From: an uncultured Oscillospiraceae bacterium | GTDB taxonomy: Bacteria; Bacillota; Clostridia; Christensenellales; CAG-138 | Length of the DNA stretch: 64,000 nt | Direction of reading: 5' to 3' | Assembly: GCA_964461335.1 (NCBI GenBank) | Contig: CAYWTY010000002.1 | Coordinates: 1,558 to 65,557, forward strand | In this document: positions 27,812 to 37,388 of the stretch, in pieces | How positions within the stretch are numbered: position 1 is the stretch's first letter | Layout of the letters: each line of letters starts with the position of its first letter | The notes under the pieces: generated by a model | Database searches by the model: none | Seen by the model: the letters and a program-made list of their open reading frames with translations, nothing else | What the model was told of the DNA's origin: nothing | Translations under genes and position numbers: made by a program

Positions 27812-28636
27812 CTACACACCCTGCTCTTTAAAAAGCCCCATTCTTGCTCCGTGGAAAAGCATATGCGTAACAAGGCCAGCCTGCTGCCCAAAATATTCGC
27901 GGCCTTTAGCTCTAAGGCTTAAGTTTGTGCCACAAAGCCCATAAAGCAGTTCAAGCACACGCTTAACCCATAAATCAACAGGGAGCGCCTCTGCATAGCT
28001 GCATGAAAAGAGCAGCACGCAGTCTGCAACTTTCGGTCCAACGCCTTTAAGGTGCAAAAGCGACTTATGCGCTTGTTCATAGCCGAGTAAGGGGAGCGAC
28101 TTTAAGTCAAAACCATTTTGTACGAGCTTTGCAGTTTCATAAAGATACGGTGCGCGGTAGCCAAGGCCAAGCTTATAAAGCGCCTCTTCGCCTGCGTTTA
28201 TAATAGCTAGAGGTTCAGGGAACATAAAAAGGCTGTGCCCTGCAATTTGGCGCACTTTTCCAAGCGCCTCGCTAAGCGCAAAAAGAATACCTGTTATTCG
28301 TTTAATATTATTGTTGGCAGATACTATAAATGCAGCAAGCGTTTCCCAAATAGGCTGGTTTAAAACGCGAAGCCCTGCGTAATGTGAAAACGCTTTCGCA
28401 ATAAATTCATCATGTGAAAACTCACTAGCTAAAGCAGGGTAGTCGCGGGCAATGTCAAAATAACGCGCCCAGTAAGCTTCATCTGCAAACCCTTCCCAGC
28501 TTAAATTGCCGCGCTCGCTAAGAAATGCGGCATTACCTTCAATGCAGGCAATATAGCCGCCTTCAACGCGCTTCCAGGCAAAGGTCTGCCCACAAAAGAG
28601 CGTTGCTTCAAAATCAATGCCTTCATTAAGGTGCAT
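27812..28636 (-). CDS. ogg: 8-oxoguanine DNA glycosylase (HhH-GPD family, Ogg-type)
   Basis: HhH-GPD motif LLHLKGVGPKVADCVLLFS..PVDLWV. Size and N-terminal domain match clostridial Ogg. Confidence 0.75.
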   Translation of the reverse strand: MHLNEGIDFEATLFCGQTFAWKRVEGGYIACIEGNAAFLSERGNLSWEGFADEAYWARYFDIARDYPALASEFSHDEFIAKAFSHYAGLRVLNQPIWETLAAFIVSANNNIKRITGILFALSEALGKVRQIAGHSLFMFPEPLAIINAGEEALYKLGLGYRAPYLYETAKLVQNGFDLKSLPLLGYEQAHKSLLHLKGVGPKVADCVLLFSCSYAEALPVDLWVKRVLELLYGLCGTNLSLRAKGREYFGQQAGLVTHMLFHGARMGLFKEQGV

Positions 28637-28749
28637 ACAAACCCCCTTTTAGCAAGTATATCATAAGGGGTTTTATCAAAAAAGGCGCGCTGAACAGCGA
28701 ATCTATGGTATTCTTATTTTAAGGGTAAATAAAATGCGGAGGGTCACAA

Positions 28750-29211
28750 ATGCGAAGAAAAGACCGTGAACAGGAGCGTGAGTTTGCACTTAAGGTAGTT
28801 GACGAGTGTGAATATGCAGCGCTTGCAACGCTAAATGAGGATGGCACGCCTTATTGCGTACCAATGACAATTGTGCGCGAAAATGACAGCATCTACTTAC
28901 ATGCTGCAAAAGAGGGTAAAAAGCTCGACAACATTAGGCGCAATAAGCAGGTAAGCCTTGCCTGCGTTTCAAAAAGCCGAACTATTGAAGATTCTTTTAC
29001 TGTCGAATATGCAAGCGCAATAATAAGTGGCATTGCAGAGGAAGTAAATTCGCAAAGCGAAAAGGCGCGCATATTATATCTTTTGTGTGAGCGCCATACG
29101 CCAAGCGCATTAGAAAACGCAAAAGCAGCAATCGAAAAAGAGCTTGACCATGTATGCGTTGTAGAAATAAAGATAGAAAGCATTTCAGGCAAGGCAAACA
29201 TAAGGAGGTAA
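28750..29211 (+). CDS. pyridoxamine 5'-phosphate oxidase family (flavin-binding split-barrel) protein
   Basis: MRRKDRE..EFALKVVDECEYAALATLNEDGTPYCVPM is typical of the PNPOx/NimA-like family. Confidence 0.7.
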   Translation: MRRKDREQEREFALKVVDECEYAALATLNEDGTPYCVPMTIVRENDSIYLHAAKEGKKLDNIRRNKQVSLACVSKSRTIEDSFTVEYASAIISGIAEEVNSQSEKARILYLLCERHTPSALENAKAAIEKELDHVCVVEIKIESISGKANIRR

Positions 29212-29302
29212 AGCTCAGGTATAATAGAGTAAAAGCGCATTGCTACGCTTTTACTCTCTGTGCCTTATATCTGGTTTCACGCGTATATGAGGATACATAC
29301 GC

Positions 29303-30094
29303 TTATGCGATGTTGGATGAAAGCATGTCGTCGCGCCCCTGCTCAATTAACAGTTTATCTGCAACAAGCGCAATAAACTCGCCGTTTGTCGGCTTATCGT
29401 TTTTAGAGTAAATATTGTAGCCGAAAAGCTGATTTATATTTTCAATTTTCCCTCTTGACCAGGCTACCTCAATTGCATGGCGAATTGCACGCTCAACCTT
29501 GCTTGCAGTTGTTGAAAAGCGTGCTGCAATGCCCGGGTACAACTCCTTTGTAATGCGGTTAATAAGCGATGGAGATGCATACACCATTCTTATACCCTCG
29601 CGAAGGTAATGGTAGCCTTTTATATGCGCGGGTATTCCGGCAACAAGGAAAACGGATGTTATCTTTTCATCAAGTGTGCGCGGCGGCTGTAAAACAGGGG
29701 GCGCAATACTGCTTAGAGTAGTTGCGCTTAGGGTTTCAATAATGCGCTTAAAGAGCGTTTCCGGCTCAACAGGCTTAACCATGAAGTATTTAGCGCCAAG
29801 CGCACAGGCGTTTCGTATCATGGCTTCGTTTCGAATTGCAGAGGCAATAACTACAGCAGGCTGCTCTCCTCCGCTAATATGCATGTGTTCGAGTACGCCA
29901 AGCCCGTCGAGTTTAGGTATAATGAGATCCATTACAACTGCGTCGTATTTTGTGCTTCGCAGTTTGTCAAGAGCTTGTCGACCGTCAGTTGCAACGTCCA
30001 CTTGGCGTACCTGTTCCTGCGCTGAAAAATAGCTGCGCATAAGGGCAAGGAACTGCGGGTCGTCATCTACTAGAAGCATTCTGTGTTTAGACAT
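29303..30094 (-). CDS. spo0A: sporulation master regulator Spo0A
   Basis: Receiver domain ([23 protein letters not shown]) and the Spo0A-specific C-terminal DNA-binding domain ([18 protein letters not shown]). Start at the ATG at 30094. Confidence 0.93.
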   Translation of the reverse strand: MSKHRMLLVDDDPQFLALMRSYFSAQEQVRQVDVATDGRQALDKLRSTKYDAVVMDLIIPKLDGLGVLEHMHISGGEQPAVVIASAIRNEAMIRNACALGAKYFMVKPVEPETLFKRIIETLSATTLSSIAPPVLQPPRTLDEKITSVFLVAGIPAHIKGYHYLREGIRMVYASPSLINRITKELYPGIAARFSTTASKVERAIRHAIEVAWSRGKIENINQLFGYNIYSKNDKPTNGEFIALVADKLLIEQGRDDMLSSNIA

Positions 30095-30437
30095 TTTTTT
30101 CCCCCCACGTATTATTTGGCTCTGGATACTCTTTGAGCCATTAATCTTTATATAAAACAAGACCCCGATTTTGGCTTATTCTTCGGGTTCGGTTTTTGTG
30201 GTTTCTAAAGTTATGCGGGTGCATTTATGTGTGGAATAAGTAGAGCTTGTGCATTTTTTGCGGCATTTTAACAGTATTGTGCGGCTATTGCCATTGTTTA
30301 GACCCATTGCGGCGCCGATTTGATATTCTTCGAGCCGTTAGAGTGGGAAAAGTGTAAAATCAGGGTCTGGGAAACTATGGGTTAATTGGCTGTTTGTATT
30401 GTATCACCGAAATAAGCGAAAGCGTAGGGGGGAAAAT

Positions 30438-30444
30438 CATATAA
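30438..30444 (+). promoter_or_regulatory. candidate Spo0A box (TGTCGAA) in the spo0A upstream region
   Basis: Perfect TGTCGAA about 345 nt upstream of the spo0A start. Its function is not demonstrable from sequence. Confidence 0.25.
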
Positions 30445-30680
30445 TGCTGTCGAAAAAACAGGCGGTTGACAGGGTAACGCCAACATTCGCCTGCTTGCTC
30501 ATTTAATGCTGTAAATCGTAAGACATACAACTGATATGTATCGGATAAGCAAAATTCCCAATATATTGGGATAATGGAAATGATGTCTATAAAAATAACA
30601 AGCGCTTGCGTTAATTTAGCAATAAGGGCTGCTTATAGCGTAGAAAACCCTTTCGCCCCAAATTCGCCCTTATGGAACCC

Positions 30681-31229
30681 TTACAAACCTAAATCAGGCG
30701 CAGCTTTTCGCATACCTTCAATTGAGCGCTCAATAAGCTTATCAAGCTCAAGGCCGAGCATTTCTGCGCCTTTGAGTATAACCTCGCGGTTAACGCCCCC
30801 TGCAAAGGCCTTGTCTTTAAACTTTTTCTTAACGCTCTTTACTTCAAGGTCCATAACTGAGCGAGACGGCCGCATTAAGGCAGTTGCAAAAATAAGGCCT
30901 GTAAGTTCATCAATTGCGTAAAGCACCTTTTCCATGTAGAGTACAGGCTCAACATCAGCGCAAAGCTCAAAGCCATGGCTTACAACAGCATGTATAAAGG
31001 CATCGTCATACCCTGCTTCTTTTAAAAGCTCAGGGGACTTTTTGCAGTGAAGCTCAGGGTAAAGTTCATAGTCCAAATCGTGGAGCAAGCCGACAGCGCC
31101 CCAATATTCTTCATTTTCGCCTGCTTCTTTTGCAAACTCGCGCATAACCGCTTCTACTGAAAGCGCATGGCGAACAAGCGCCTCGCTTTTATTATATTGA
31201 TTTAGCACTTGCAGCGCCTTTTCACGCAT
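30681..31229 (-). CDS. HD-domain (HDIG-type) phosphohydrolase
   Basis: H...HD motif (HALSV, LLHDLDYE), 182 aa. Confidence 0.7.
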   Translation of the reverse strand: MREKALQVLNQYNKSEALVRHALSVEAVMREFAKEAGENEEYWGAVGLLHDLDYELYPELHCKKSPELLKEAGYDDAFIHAVVSHGFELCADVEPVLYMEKVLYAIDELTGLIFATALMRPSRSVMDLEVKSVKKKFKDKAFAGGVNREVILKGAEMLGLELDKLIERSIEGMRKAAPDLGL

Positions 31230-31393
31230 AATTTGAACCCTTTCCGAAAAAACTTAATAATTGGACAACCTGACTATACCCTACAAAAAGCAGTTTTGCA
31301 AGCTGGGCTAGGCGGTATATAAGATTATGTTTGTTAAATATTCCGTGTGCGTTCTGTATACAATGAGTGTAACAGGCAAAGGGAGGCCGGCAT

Positions 31394-32848
31394 ATGAAAC
31401 CTAAGCTGGAAGAAAAAAAGGGTAAGGGCAGTCAGCGTAAAACGCTGAAGCTGCTTGCGCTTATATTTCTTTGCGCTGCGCTTATTGTTGCGGGCAACTA
31501 TGCGTATATTGTGTTTTTAAACCCTATGCGCGCTTTTGAAAAACCCCCTTCACAAACGAGCAGAGTAGAAAAGCCAAAGCCCACAGAAAAGCTTCAGCTT
31601 TTACCTAAGCTTACGCCTACACCCGAACCAACGCCAGAACCAACGCCGGACCCTGATGAGGAGCTTAGGCTCCAGGCAGATGCGGATTTTATGGAAAACA
31701 AGGTCAATATCCTTTTGCTTGGTTATGACCAAAGCCCTGAGCGTGAAGATAAAAGCAGCCCGCTCTACCGTGATAAGCGCAATAACTATCGCTCAGATGT
31801 AATTATGCTCCTATGTGTGGATTTTGAAAGCGGAGCCGCACATATGATTTCTGTTCCGCGTGACACCTATGCCCCCATATACAACAAAAAGGGGCGCTGG
31901 AAAATAAACTCCGCATTTGCCCACGGGGGAAGTGCACAAGGGGATGGGTTCACTTATGCTATGAAAACTGTCTCAAACCTGTTCGGCGTGCCAATAGAGT
32001 ATTATGCAGGCGTTGATATGGGCGGGCTTAAGTCAGTTGTAGATGTGATGGGCGGTGTAGAGTATGATGTGGATGTGCGCATAAAGCTTAATGGTCGTGT
32101 GCTTGAGCGCGGCTTGCAGCACCTAAACGGGCAGGAGGTGCTCGACTATATGCGTGCGCGCAAAGGCATAAGCACTGATGTGGGCAGGGTAGATAGGCAG
32201 CAGCGCATGCTCTTTGCAATTTTTTCGCAGCTAAAGCAAAGAAACCAGCTTGTCAACCTGCCAAAAATATACCTTTCAGTTTCAGATAAGCTAAAAACAA
32301 ACCTAAGCTTGGAGCAGATTGCAGCGCTTGCAGTCTTTGGCATGGGGCTTGAACTTGAGGATATCAGCCGCCATACGCTTTCAGGCGAATATATAAGCGA
32401 TGTATACAATGCGTCATTTTATGTTTTGCACAACTCAAAACTAAAGGCGCTTGTAAAAGAAATTTACGGCATTTCAATAAAGCCCAACCCGCGTTATGAT
32501 GCAAGCTATGTGCGTGCAGATAAGGCTGCACACGAAGCGCTAAGCTATGCAGAAGGTGCTGAGCATTTGCTTACCGTAGTTTGCGGCACAGGGCAGGATG
32601 TAAATGAGCTTAAAGCTATGCTTGAGGTTGTGCTTGAAGTCGCACAAAGGAGCATACCTGCAAACGCGAGCGAGCAAACAATAGAAAAGCTTACAGCCTC
32701 TCAACTTGATAGGGGCAGCATTCTTACTGCCAAGCTCAACCTTGCTAAAGCTATGTATACGCTTTGCTTTAATCACGGCATAACTCAGCTTGATGTAAAC
32801 AGGCGCCTGCTGCCTGATGTGTTTTATAAAGCATTGCCTGCTGCATAA
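31394..32848 (+). CDS. LytR-CpsA-Psr (LCP) family cell-wall glycopolymer transferase
   Basis: N-terminal TM, a Pro/Thr/Glu linker, and an LCP core NILLLGYDQ..RSDVIMLLCVD..ISVPRDTY. Confidence 0.8.
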   Translation: MKPKLEEKKGKGSQRKTLKLLALIFLCAALIVAGNYAYIVFLNPMRAFEKPPSQTSRVEKPKPTEKLQLLPKLTPTPEPTPEPTPDPDEELRLQADADFMENKVNILLLGYDQSPEREDKSSPLYRDKRNNYRSDVIMLLCVDFESGAAHMISVPRDTYAPIYNKKGRWKINSAFAHGGSAQGDGFTYAMKTVSNLFGVPIEYYAGVDMGGLKSVVDVMGGVEYDVDVRIKLNGRVLERGLQHLNGQEVLDYMRARKGISTDVGRVDRQQRMLFAIFSQLKQRNQLVNLPKIYLSVSDKLKTNLSLEQIAALAVFGMGLELEDISRHTLSGEYISDVYNASFYVLHNSKLKALVKEIYGISIKPNPRYDASYVRADKAAHEALSYAEGAEHLLTVVCGTGQDVNELKAMLEVVLEVAQRSIPANASEQTIEKLTASQLDRGSILTAKLNLAKAMYTLCFNHGITQLDVNRRLLPDVFYKALPAA

Positions 32849-32859
32849 TGCGTTTTAGC

Positions 32860-34215
32860 TTACTGCCCCATAAACCCTGCTGAGCTATTTTTACCCTCAC
32901 TAAGCGGGTCATATAGCTTTTCCGGCCGTATATTCGCCCTAATGCTTTTAGTAGGCCTTGACATAAGCCCATAGCGCAGCGCTTCTGCTGCATGGTCCTC
33001 GCCATCTGCTGCATCTTCACAGTTTGAGCTGTCGTGGAGCAAAAGCGGAAGCGTTCTTATTAAGTTTTTGCAGCAGGGGAAAATCTGCAGCAGCGGGCCG
33101 CCCTCTCTTTGTGCAAGGTATTCGCGTACCCTTTGCCAGCCGGCTATACGCGATGGGTCAGCGCGCAAAAGCGGCGCCCCGCATTTTGAAAACACCTCTG
33201 CAATGCTCTCACCTACAACTCCATCAGCTATTCTGTGGCTAAGCCCCCTGTTCTGCCAGGCATCGGGCGAGGCTACTGTATATGCGATATTTTCGTTTAT
33301 AGAGTTTTTGCAAATCCGCGCTGCCATTTCTGAGGAAAGCACATGCCTTGCATATTCTTCTTTATATACAAACACGCGCCCATCTGGCCCTATGGCAAAC
33401 CACAGCACGCAGCAGGGGTCGTTATAGCCCCAATCCATAGCGCGAAAGCGTTTCCACCAAGTAGGGATTAGAAACTGCTCGCACACATGGCTTTGTACCC
33501 TAAACTCAGGGAAAAACTGCCCAAAGAGCACGTTCCAGTCGCCCTCAAGGTGTGCGCGCCTAAGGTGTTCGGGCAGGTTTTCAAGTATGCGCACATAGTC
33601 AGGGTCGTTTTCTAAAAGTATGGGGTTGTCATAAACTGATGCAGGGATAAAGCTATAATCCTGCGCACACTCGTGCTTTGTATAATCGCAATCAATAAAG
33701 AGCCGCTTTACCCAGGCATGCCCAATGCCGCCAGGGTTGCATGTAAAGTACATGCGCGGGCTAAACCCCTGCTTTGATGTTCTGTTGCATGTAGATAAAA
33801 ACTGCATTTGTTCATATGTAAAATGGGTAGCCTCCTCAAGGCCTATAACATCGTATTCCTGCCCCTGATACTGGTAAACATCCTTTTCTTTGTCGCAGTA
33901 GCCAAGGCGGATTCTTGAGCCGTTTGGGAATAAAAACGCGCGTGAAGTGGAGTTGTACTTTGCAATAGAATAAAGCTCGCGCAAAAGCGGCCTGCCGTGG
34001 TTTTCAATAAGCTCATTAAGTGTGCGGCGCAAAAGCAAAAGCTCAAGGCTGTTGTAGCGCAGGGCAAGCAGCACGAACTTGCGGCGCATTGCCCAGCTCT
34101 TGCCGCCGCCGCGCGCACCGCCGTATGCGCTAAAGCACGTTTTACACATGAAGAACTGCCGCTGCTTAGGGTTTGGGGTACCCTTAAGCATATGGGCCTT
34201 GCTTTTCTTCCCCAA
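32860..34215 (-). CDS. phage terminase large subunit (orphan)
   Basis: Walker A GGARGGGKS, Walker B/coupling VIGLEEATHF, and a RNaseH-like nuclease half (AMDWGYNDPCCVLW, EDHAAEALRYG). TTG start 1 nt after the terS stop. Confidence 0.85.
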   Translation of the reverse strand: MGKKSKAHMLKGTPNPKQRQFFMCKTCFSAYGGARGGGKSWAMRRKFVLLALRYNSLELLLLRRTLNELIENHGRPLLRELYSIAKYNSTSRAFLFPNGSRIRLGYCDKEKDVYQYQGQEYDVIGLEEATHFTYEQMQFLSTCNRTSKQGFSPRMYFTCNPGGIGHAWVKRLFIDCDYTKHECAQDYSFIPASVYDNPILLENDPDYVRILENLPEHLRRAHLEGDWNVLFGQFFPEFRVQSHVCEQFLIPTWWKRFRAMDWGYNDPCCVLWFAIGPDGRVFVYKEEYARHVLSSEMAARICKNSINENIAYTVASPDAWQNRGLSHRIADGVVGESIAEVFSKCGAPLLRADPSRIAGWQRVREYLAQREGGPLLQIFPCCKNLIRTLPLLLHDSSNCEDAADGEDHAAEALRYGLMSRPTKSIRANIRPEKLYDPLSEGKNSSAGFMGQ

Positions 34216-34216
34216 T

Positions 34217-34666
34217 TTAGCAGCTCAACCCCTCAGGGTCTTCAAGCACAACCTTAATTTCGCTTAACGCAGCGCTGCTTAACCCCTGCCCATAGCCCCA
34301 ATCTTTTAAAAGCACAGAAGCTACTGCTGAGTTAAGCTCCCCAAGGAGCGCCCGCTCAACTGTGTACTGCTCAACTTTAAGCGCTGCCCAGCTTAAAACT
34401 GCGCGTTCAGCCTCTTTTAAGCCTGTGGTTGCCCCGTCTTTTGCATTTTTCACATATTCCTTTTCAAGCCCAAGCGCAGCGCAAAGCCCTGCTAAGGTGT
34501 ATGGCACCTGGTGGTAGGCAAGTTCTCCGTTTTTAAGCTGAAGCCGTTCGCGCGTTGCATCGCATGAGGCGAAATATTCATTAGCAGCTGCCCTAAGTTT
34601 TTCTGCTGATGATGCCTTAACACTTCTCCCCGTAATAAGCACCCCCTTTTTACTTAAGGGTAGCAT
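34217..34666 (-). CDS. phage terminase small subunit (orphan)
   Basis: 149 aa, translationally coupled to terL. HTH-like N-terminal part (TLAGLCAALGLEKEYVKN). Confidence 0.6.
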   Translation of the reverse strand: MLPLSKKGVLITGRSVKASSAEKLRAAANEYFASCDATRERLQLKNGELAYHQVPYTLAGLCAALGLEKEYVKNAKDGATTGLKEAERAVLSWAALKVEQYTVERALLGELNSAVASVLLKDWGYGQGLSSAALSEIKVVLEDPEGLSC

Positions 34667-34701
34667 TAAAAACGCCTATTGCGGCCTGCCATAAGCATTC
34701 T

Positions 34702-34724
34702 AAAAAAGCGGGGCTGCACCCGCT
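34702..34724 (-). terminator. intrinsic terminator downstream of the MBL gene and its repeats
   Basis: Minus strand: agcggg-tgcagc-cccgct followed by tttttt. Confidence 0.65.
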
Positions 34725-34733
34725 CTTAAGTTT

Positions 34734-34934
34734 TAGCTTTTATTTTGTATAGTCGAGCACAAGAAGCCTGTTTTCGCCTAAGCTTTCTCTTCTAAAGCAT
34801 TAGCTTTTATTTTGTATAATCGAGCACAAGAAGCCTGTTTTCGCCGAGGCTTTCTTTTCTAAAGCATTAGCTTTTATTTTGTATAATCGAGCACAAGAAG
34901 CCTGTTTTCGCCTAGGCTTTCTTTTGTAATTACA
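34734..34934. repeat. 3 x 67-bp tandem direct repeat covering the 3' end of the MBL gene
   Basis: Units start at 34734, 34801 and 34868 (tagcttttattttgtataRtcgagcacaagaagcctgttttcgcc...). The copies differ by a few SNPs. The third copy carries the real stop codon and last 13 codons of CDS 34874-35548. Confidence 0.9.
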
Positions 34935-35548
34935 GCCTGGCTTTGGTTGAGCTTGTGAATATGCCAGCCCTTTGCAACAGAAAGCATTGACTCAACCCCA
35001 AGGAGCGTTTTACCAAGCGTAAGCAATTGTGTTTGGTAGTGCATTGGTATAAATATGCTTGCCCCTGTTTTGCAGGCGATTTCACATGCTTTTGCAGGGC
35101 CTATTGTATATGTGCCTCCAACAGGCGCAAGCAGCACGTCAAGCTTGCCAAGGCTTTCGTAGGCTTCATCCGATGGTGTTTCGCCAAGGTCGCCAAGGTG
35201 CGCTATGCGAAGCCCTTCAAGCTCAAAAAGGAAAATAAGGTTTGTGCCCCTTTCACTTCCCGAGCTTTCGTCATGATAGCTTGGGATGCCGGTTATCCTT
35301 ATGCCCTTAAACTCTATTAGACCCTCAGTTTTAATTACTTGGGGCGTATTCGAAAACGCCTCAAGGTAATTATGGTCGCTGTGGTCATGGCTTATAGTTA
35401 CTGCATCTGCATAAATGTCAGAGAGCACATAGCCTGTTGAAGGGCCGCAAGGGTCAGTAAACAGCCGTACTCCGGATTCTGCTTTAATAAGAAAGCTGCT
35501 GTGACCATACCATTTAATTTTCATATTTAACCTCCAGTCAGGTAGCAA
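34874..35548 (-). CDS. MBL-fold metallo-hydrolase
   Basis: ISHDHSDHN motif, 224 aa. Confidence 0.65.
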   Translation of the reverse strand: MLPDWRLNMKIKWYGHSSFLIKAESGVRLFTDPCGPSTGYVLSDIYADAVTISHDHSDHNYLEAFSNTPQVIKTEGLIEFKGIRITGIPSYHDESSGSERGTNLIFLFELEGLRIAHLGDLGETPSDEAYESLGKLDVLLAPVGGTYTIGPAKACEIACKTGASIFIPMHYQTQLLTLGKTLLGVESMLSVAKGWHIHKLNQSQAVITKESLGENRLLVLDYTK

Positions 35549-35557
35549 CCGTATGCG

Positions 35558-36208
35558 CTAACATAAATTAACAAGGCATAGCGCAAAGACCCGGGCTGCA
35601 CAATCCCCCACATGTGCGCTTGCTGTGCAAAGTGCAGGGCGTTCTCTTTGGAGCACGCCTCGCGTCATTCTAAGGAGGACATCTGAAGCCTTAAGAAGCC
35701 TTAGAGTAAGCGCACGGTTATTGTCAAGACGCTCTATTGCACCAAGCGTTAAGAGCAGGGCTCTTTGCACATCAGTGTTATTTGGGCAGCTTGGCTCGCC
35801 CTCTGCCTTGCGCCCAAGCATCCACATACGCCGCATTGTATACTCAAGCCGTGATAATGCCGCGCTGCAGTGAAGAAATTCAGGGCATTGCACAAGCGGT
35901 TCAAGCTCATTTAGTGCGCATTTAAGCGCCTCTGTATAAAACTCGTCAGTAAGGCTAAAAAGCAGATGCCCTTCGTTTGCCTCAACGCTTTTTACAAGCT
36001 GCACCCCGAAAAGCGTAAACTCCGCTGCTCCTTCATTTAGCACATTTGCCCACTCGTTTGCATCTGCGCCAAGAGTGAGCGGCGCTGCGCTCCTTGCAGC
36101 ACAGCCTTCTGGCGCGCAATCTATATATGTGCTGTATATGCTTTCACCGAGCAAAGAACTTGATGTGCCTGCAAGGCTGTTTCGAAGCAGCTCGTAAAGG
36201 CTTTCCAT
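35558..36208 (-). CDS. hypothetical protein
   Basis: ORF with an RBS-compatible start at 36208. No motif recognised with confidence. Confidence 0.3.
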   Translation of the reverse strand: MESLYELLRNSLAGTSSSLLGESIYSTYIDCAPEGCAARSAAPLTLGADANEWANVLNEGAAEFTLFGVQLVKSVEANEGHLLFSLTDEFYTEALKCALNELEPLVQCPEFLHCSAALSRLEYTMRRMWMLGRKAEGEPSCPNNTDVQRALLLTLGAIERLDNNRALTLRLLKASDVLLRMTRGVLQRERPALCTASAHVGDCAARVFALCLVNLC

Positions 36209-36357
36209 GGGTAATGCCCCTTTATATATTATTATAGGATACTCCAAGGCGGCTGTCCTGTCAAACCAATTTAAGGATATAGCGCTATTAAACGCATTTC
36301 CTTGTGTAGCTTATGCGATTTGGGTACAATAATACTATTATTCTATTAGGGAAAGGT

Positions 36358-36394
36358 TGATTAAATGAGGAATGCCGAATTAATCAGCGTTTCC
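36358..36394. repeat. internally deleted remnant of the MITE-like repeat (both termini only)
   Basis: The reverse complement ggaaacgctgattaattcgg+cattcctcatttaatca equals the first ~20 nt plus the last ~17 nt of copy 2. It lies 20 nt upstream of the lplA ATG. Confidence 0.45.
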
Positions 36395-36413
36395 TTAGGA
36401 AAGAAGTTAGCGC

Positions 36414-37388
36414 ATGCAAAACACGGTATTTTTAAGCAACATGCACGACCCGTATTATAATCTAAGCCTTGAGACTGTGCTTTTTGAATCTTGCACAGAA
36501 GGCTGCATACTCTACATTTGGCAAAACCAAAATACGGTTGTTATCGGCAAAAACCAAAACGCATGGAAGGAATGCGCATTTTCCCTGCTCGAACAGGAAG
36601 GCGGGGTGCTTGCACGCCGTACATCTGGCGGTGGTGCTGTGTACCACGACCTTGGCAATTTGAATTTTACTTTTATAGTAAAGCGCAGCGAGTATGACCT
36701 TATGCGCCAGCTTGCTGTTATTTTAGAAGCATGCAAAAGTTTTGGCATTGAAACCGAGTTTTCAGGCAGGAACGACTTATTGGTAAGCAAAGGGCTTGCG
36801 AAGTTTTCAGGCAATGCTTTTAGGTTTTCAAAGGATATTGCGCTCCACCACGGCACTGTCCTTGTAAGTGCGGATTTGCAAAAGCTTAGCCGCTACCTTG
36901 TGCCATCGCAAGAAAAGCTTAGGGCAAAAGGTATTGAAAGCGTAAGGCAGCGTGTTGTAAACCTTTGTGAGCTTAACCCTGAAGTAAATATAGAGCGCAT
37001 GAAAAAAGCGCTTCTTAATGCGTTTATAAAAAGCTATGGGCCTGCACGCGTAGGGCAGGTTGCTGCGCTTAACCAGGAGCGTCTTTTGGAGCTTAGAGCG
37101 CTTTATGCTTCATGGCAGTGGCGCATGGGCGATTCTCCAAGCTTTGATGTTGCTCTTCTGCGCAGGTTTGAATGGGGTGGAGTCGAGCTGCAGCTCTCGC
37201 TTTCAGGCGGTATTATAGTAAGTGCAGATGTTTATTCAGATGCAATGGATGAAGAATTTATAGAGCGCATACGGCCTGTGCTGCTTTGCTCGAAGTTCAA
37301 TTCGCTTGAAATGGCAGAGCGCTTAAGAAGCCTGCGCCATGCAGAGGCAAATGAGCTTGCAGCTTGGGTTGAGGAAAAGGGCTTTTAG
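36414..37388 (+). CDS. lplA: lipoate-protein ligase A
   Basis: RRTSGGGAVYHDLGNLNFTF and the catalytic-lysine motif KFSGNAF. Confidence 0.85.
   Translation: MQNTVFLSNMHDPYYNLSLETVLFESCTEGCILYIWQNQNTVVIGKNQNAWKECAFSLLEQEGGVLARRTSGGGAVYHDLGNLNFTFIVKRSEYDLMRQLAVILEACKSFGIETEFSGRNDLLVSKGLAKFSGNAFRFSKDIALHHGTVLVSADLQKLSRYLVPSQEKLRAKGIESVRQRVVNLCELNPEVNIERMKKALLNAFIKSYGPARVGQVAALNQERLLELRALYASWQWRMGDSPSFDVALLRRFEWGGVELQLSLSGGIIVSADVYSDAMDEEFIERIRPVLLCSKFNSLEMAERLRSLRHAEANELAAWVEEKGF

Noticed and set aside
27676-27944. ORFs 27676-27891 (minus) and 27720-27944 (plus).
   Set aside because: They run through the GC-rich four-way-junction hairpins and overlap the ogg 3' end. The palindromic sequence explains the open frames on both strands.
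34734-34934. Possible CRISPR array.
   Set aside because: The 67-bp units abut directly with no unique spacers and correspond to a gene 3' end. There are no cas genes in the window.
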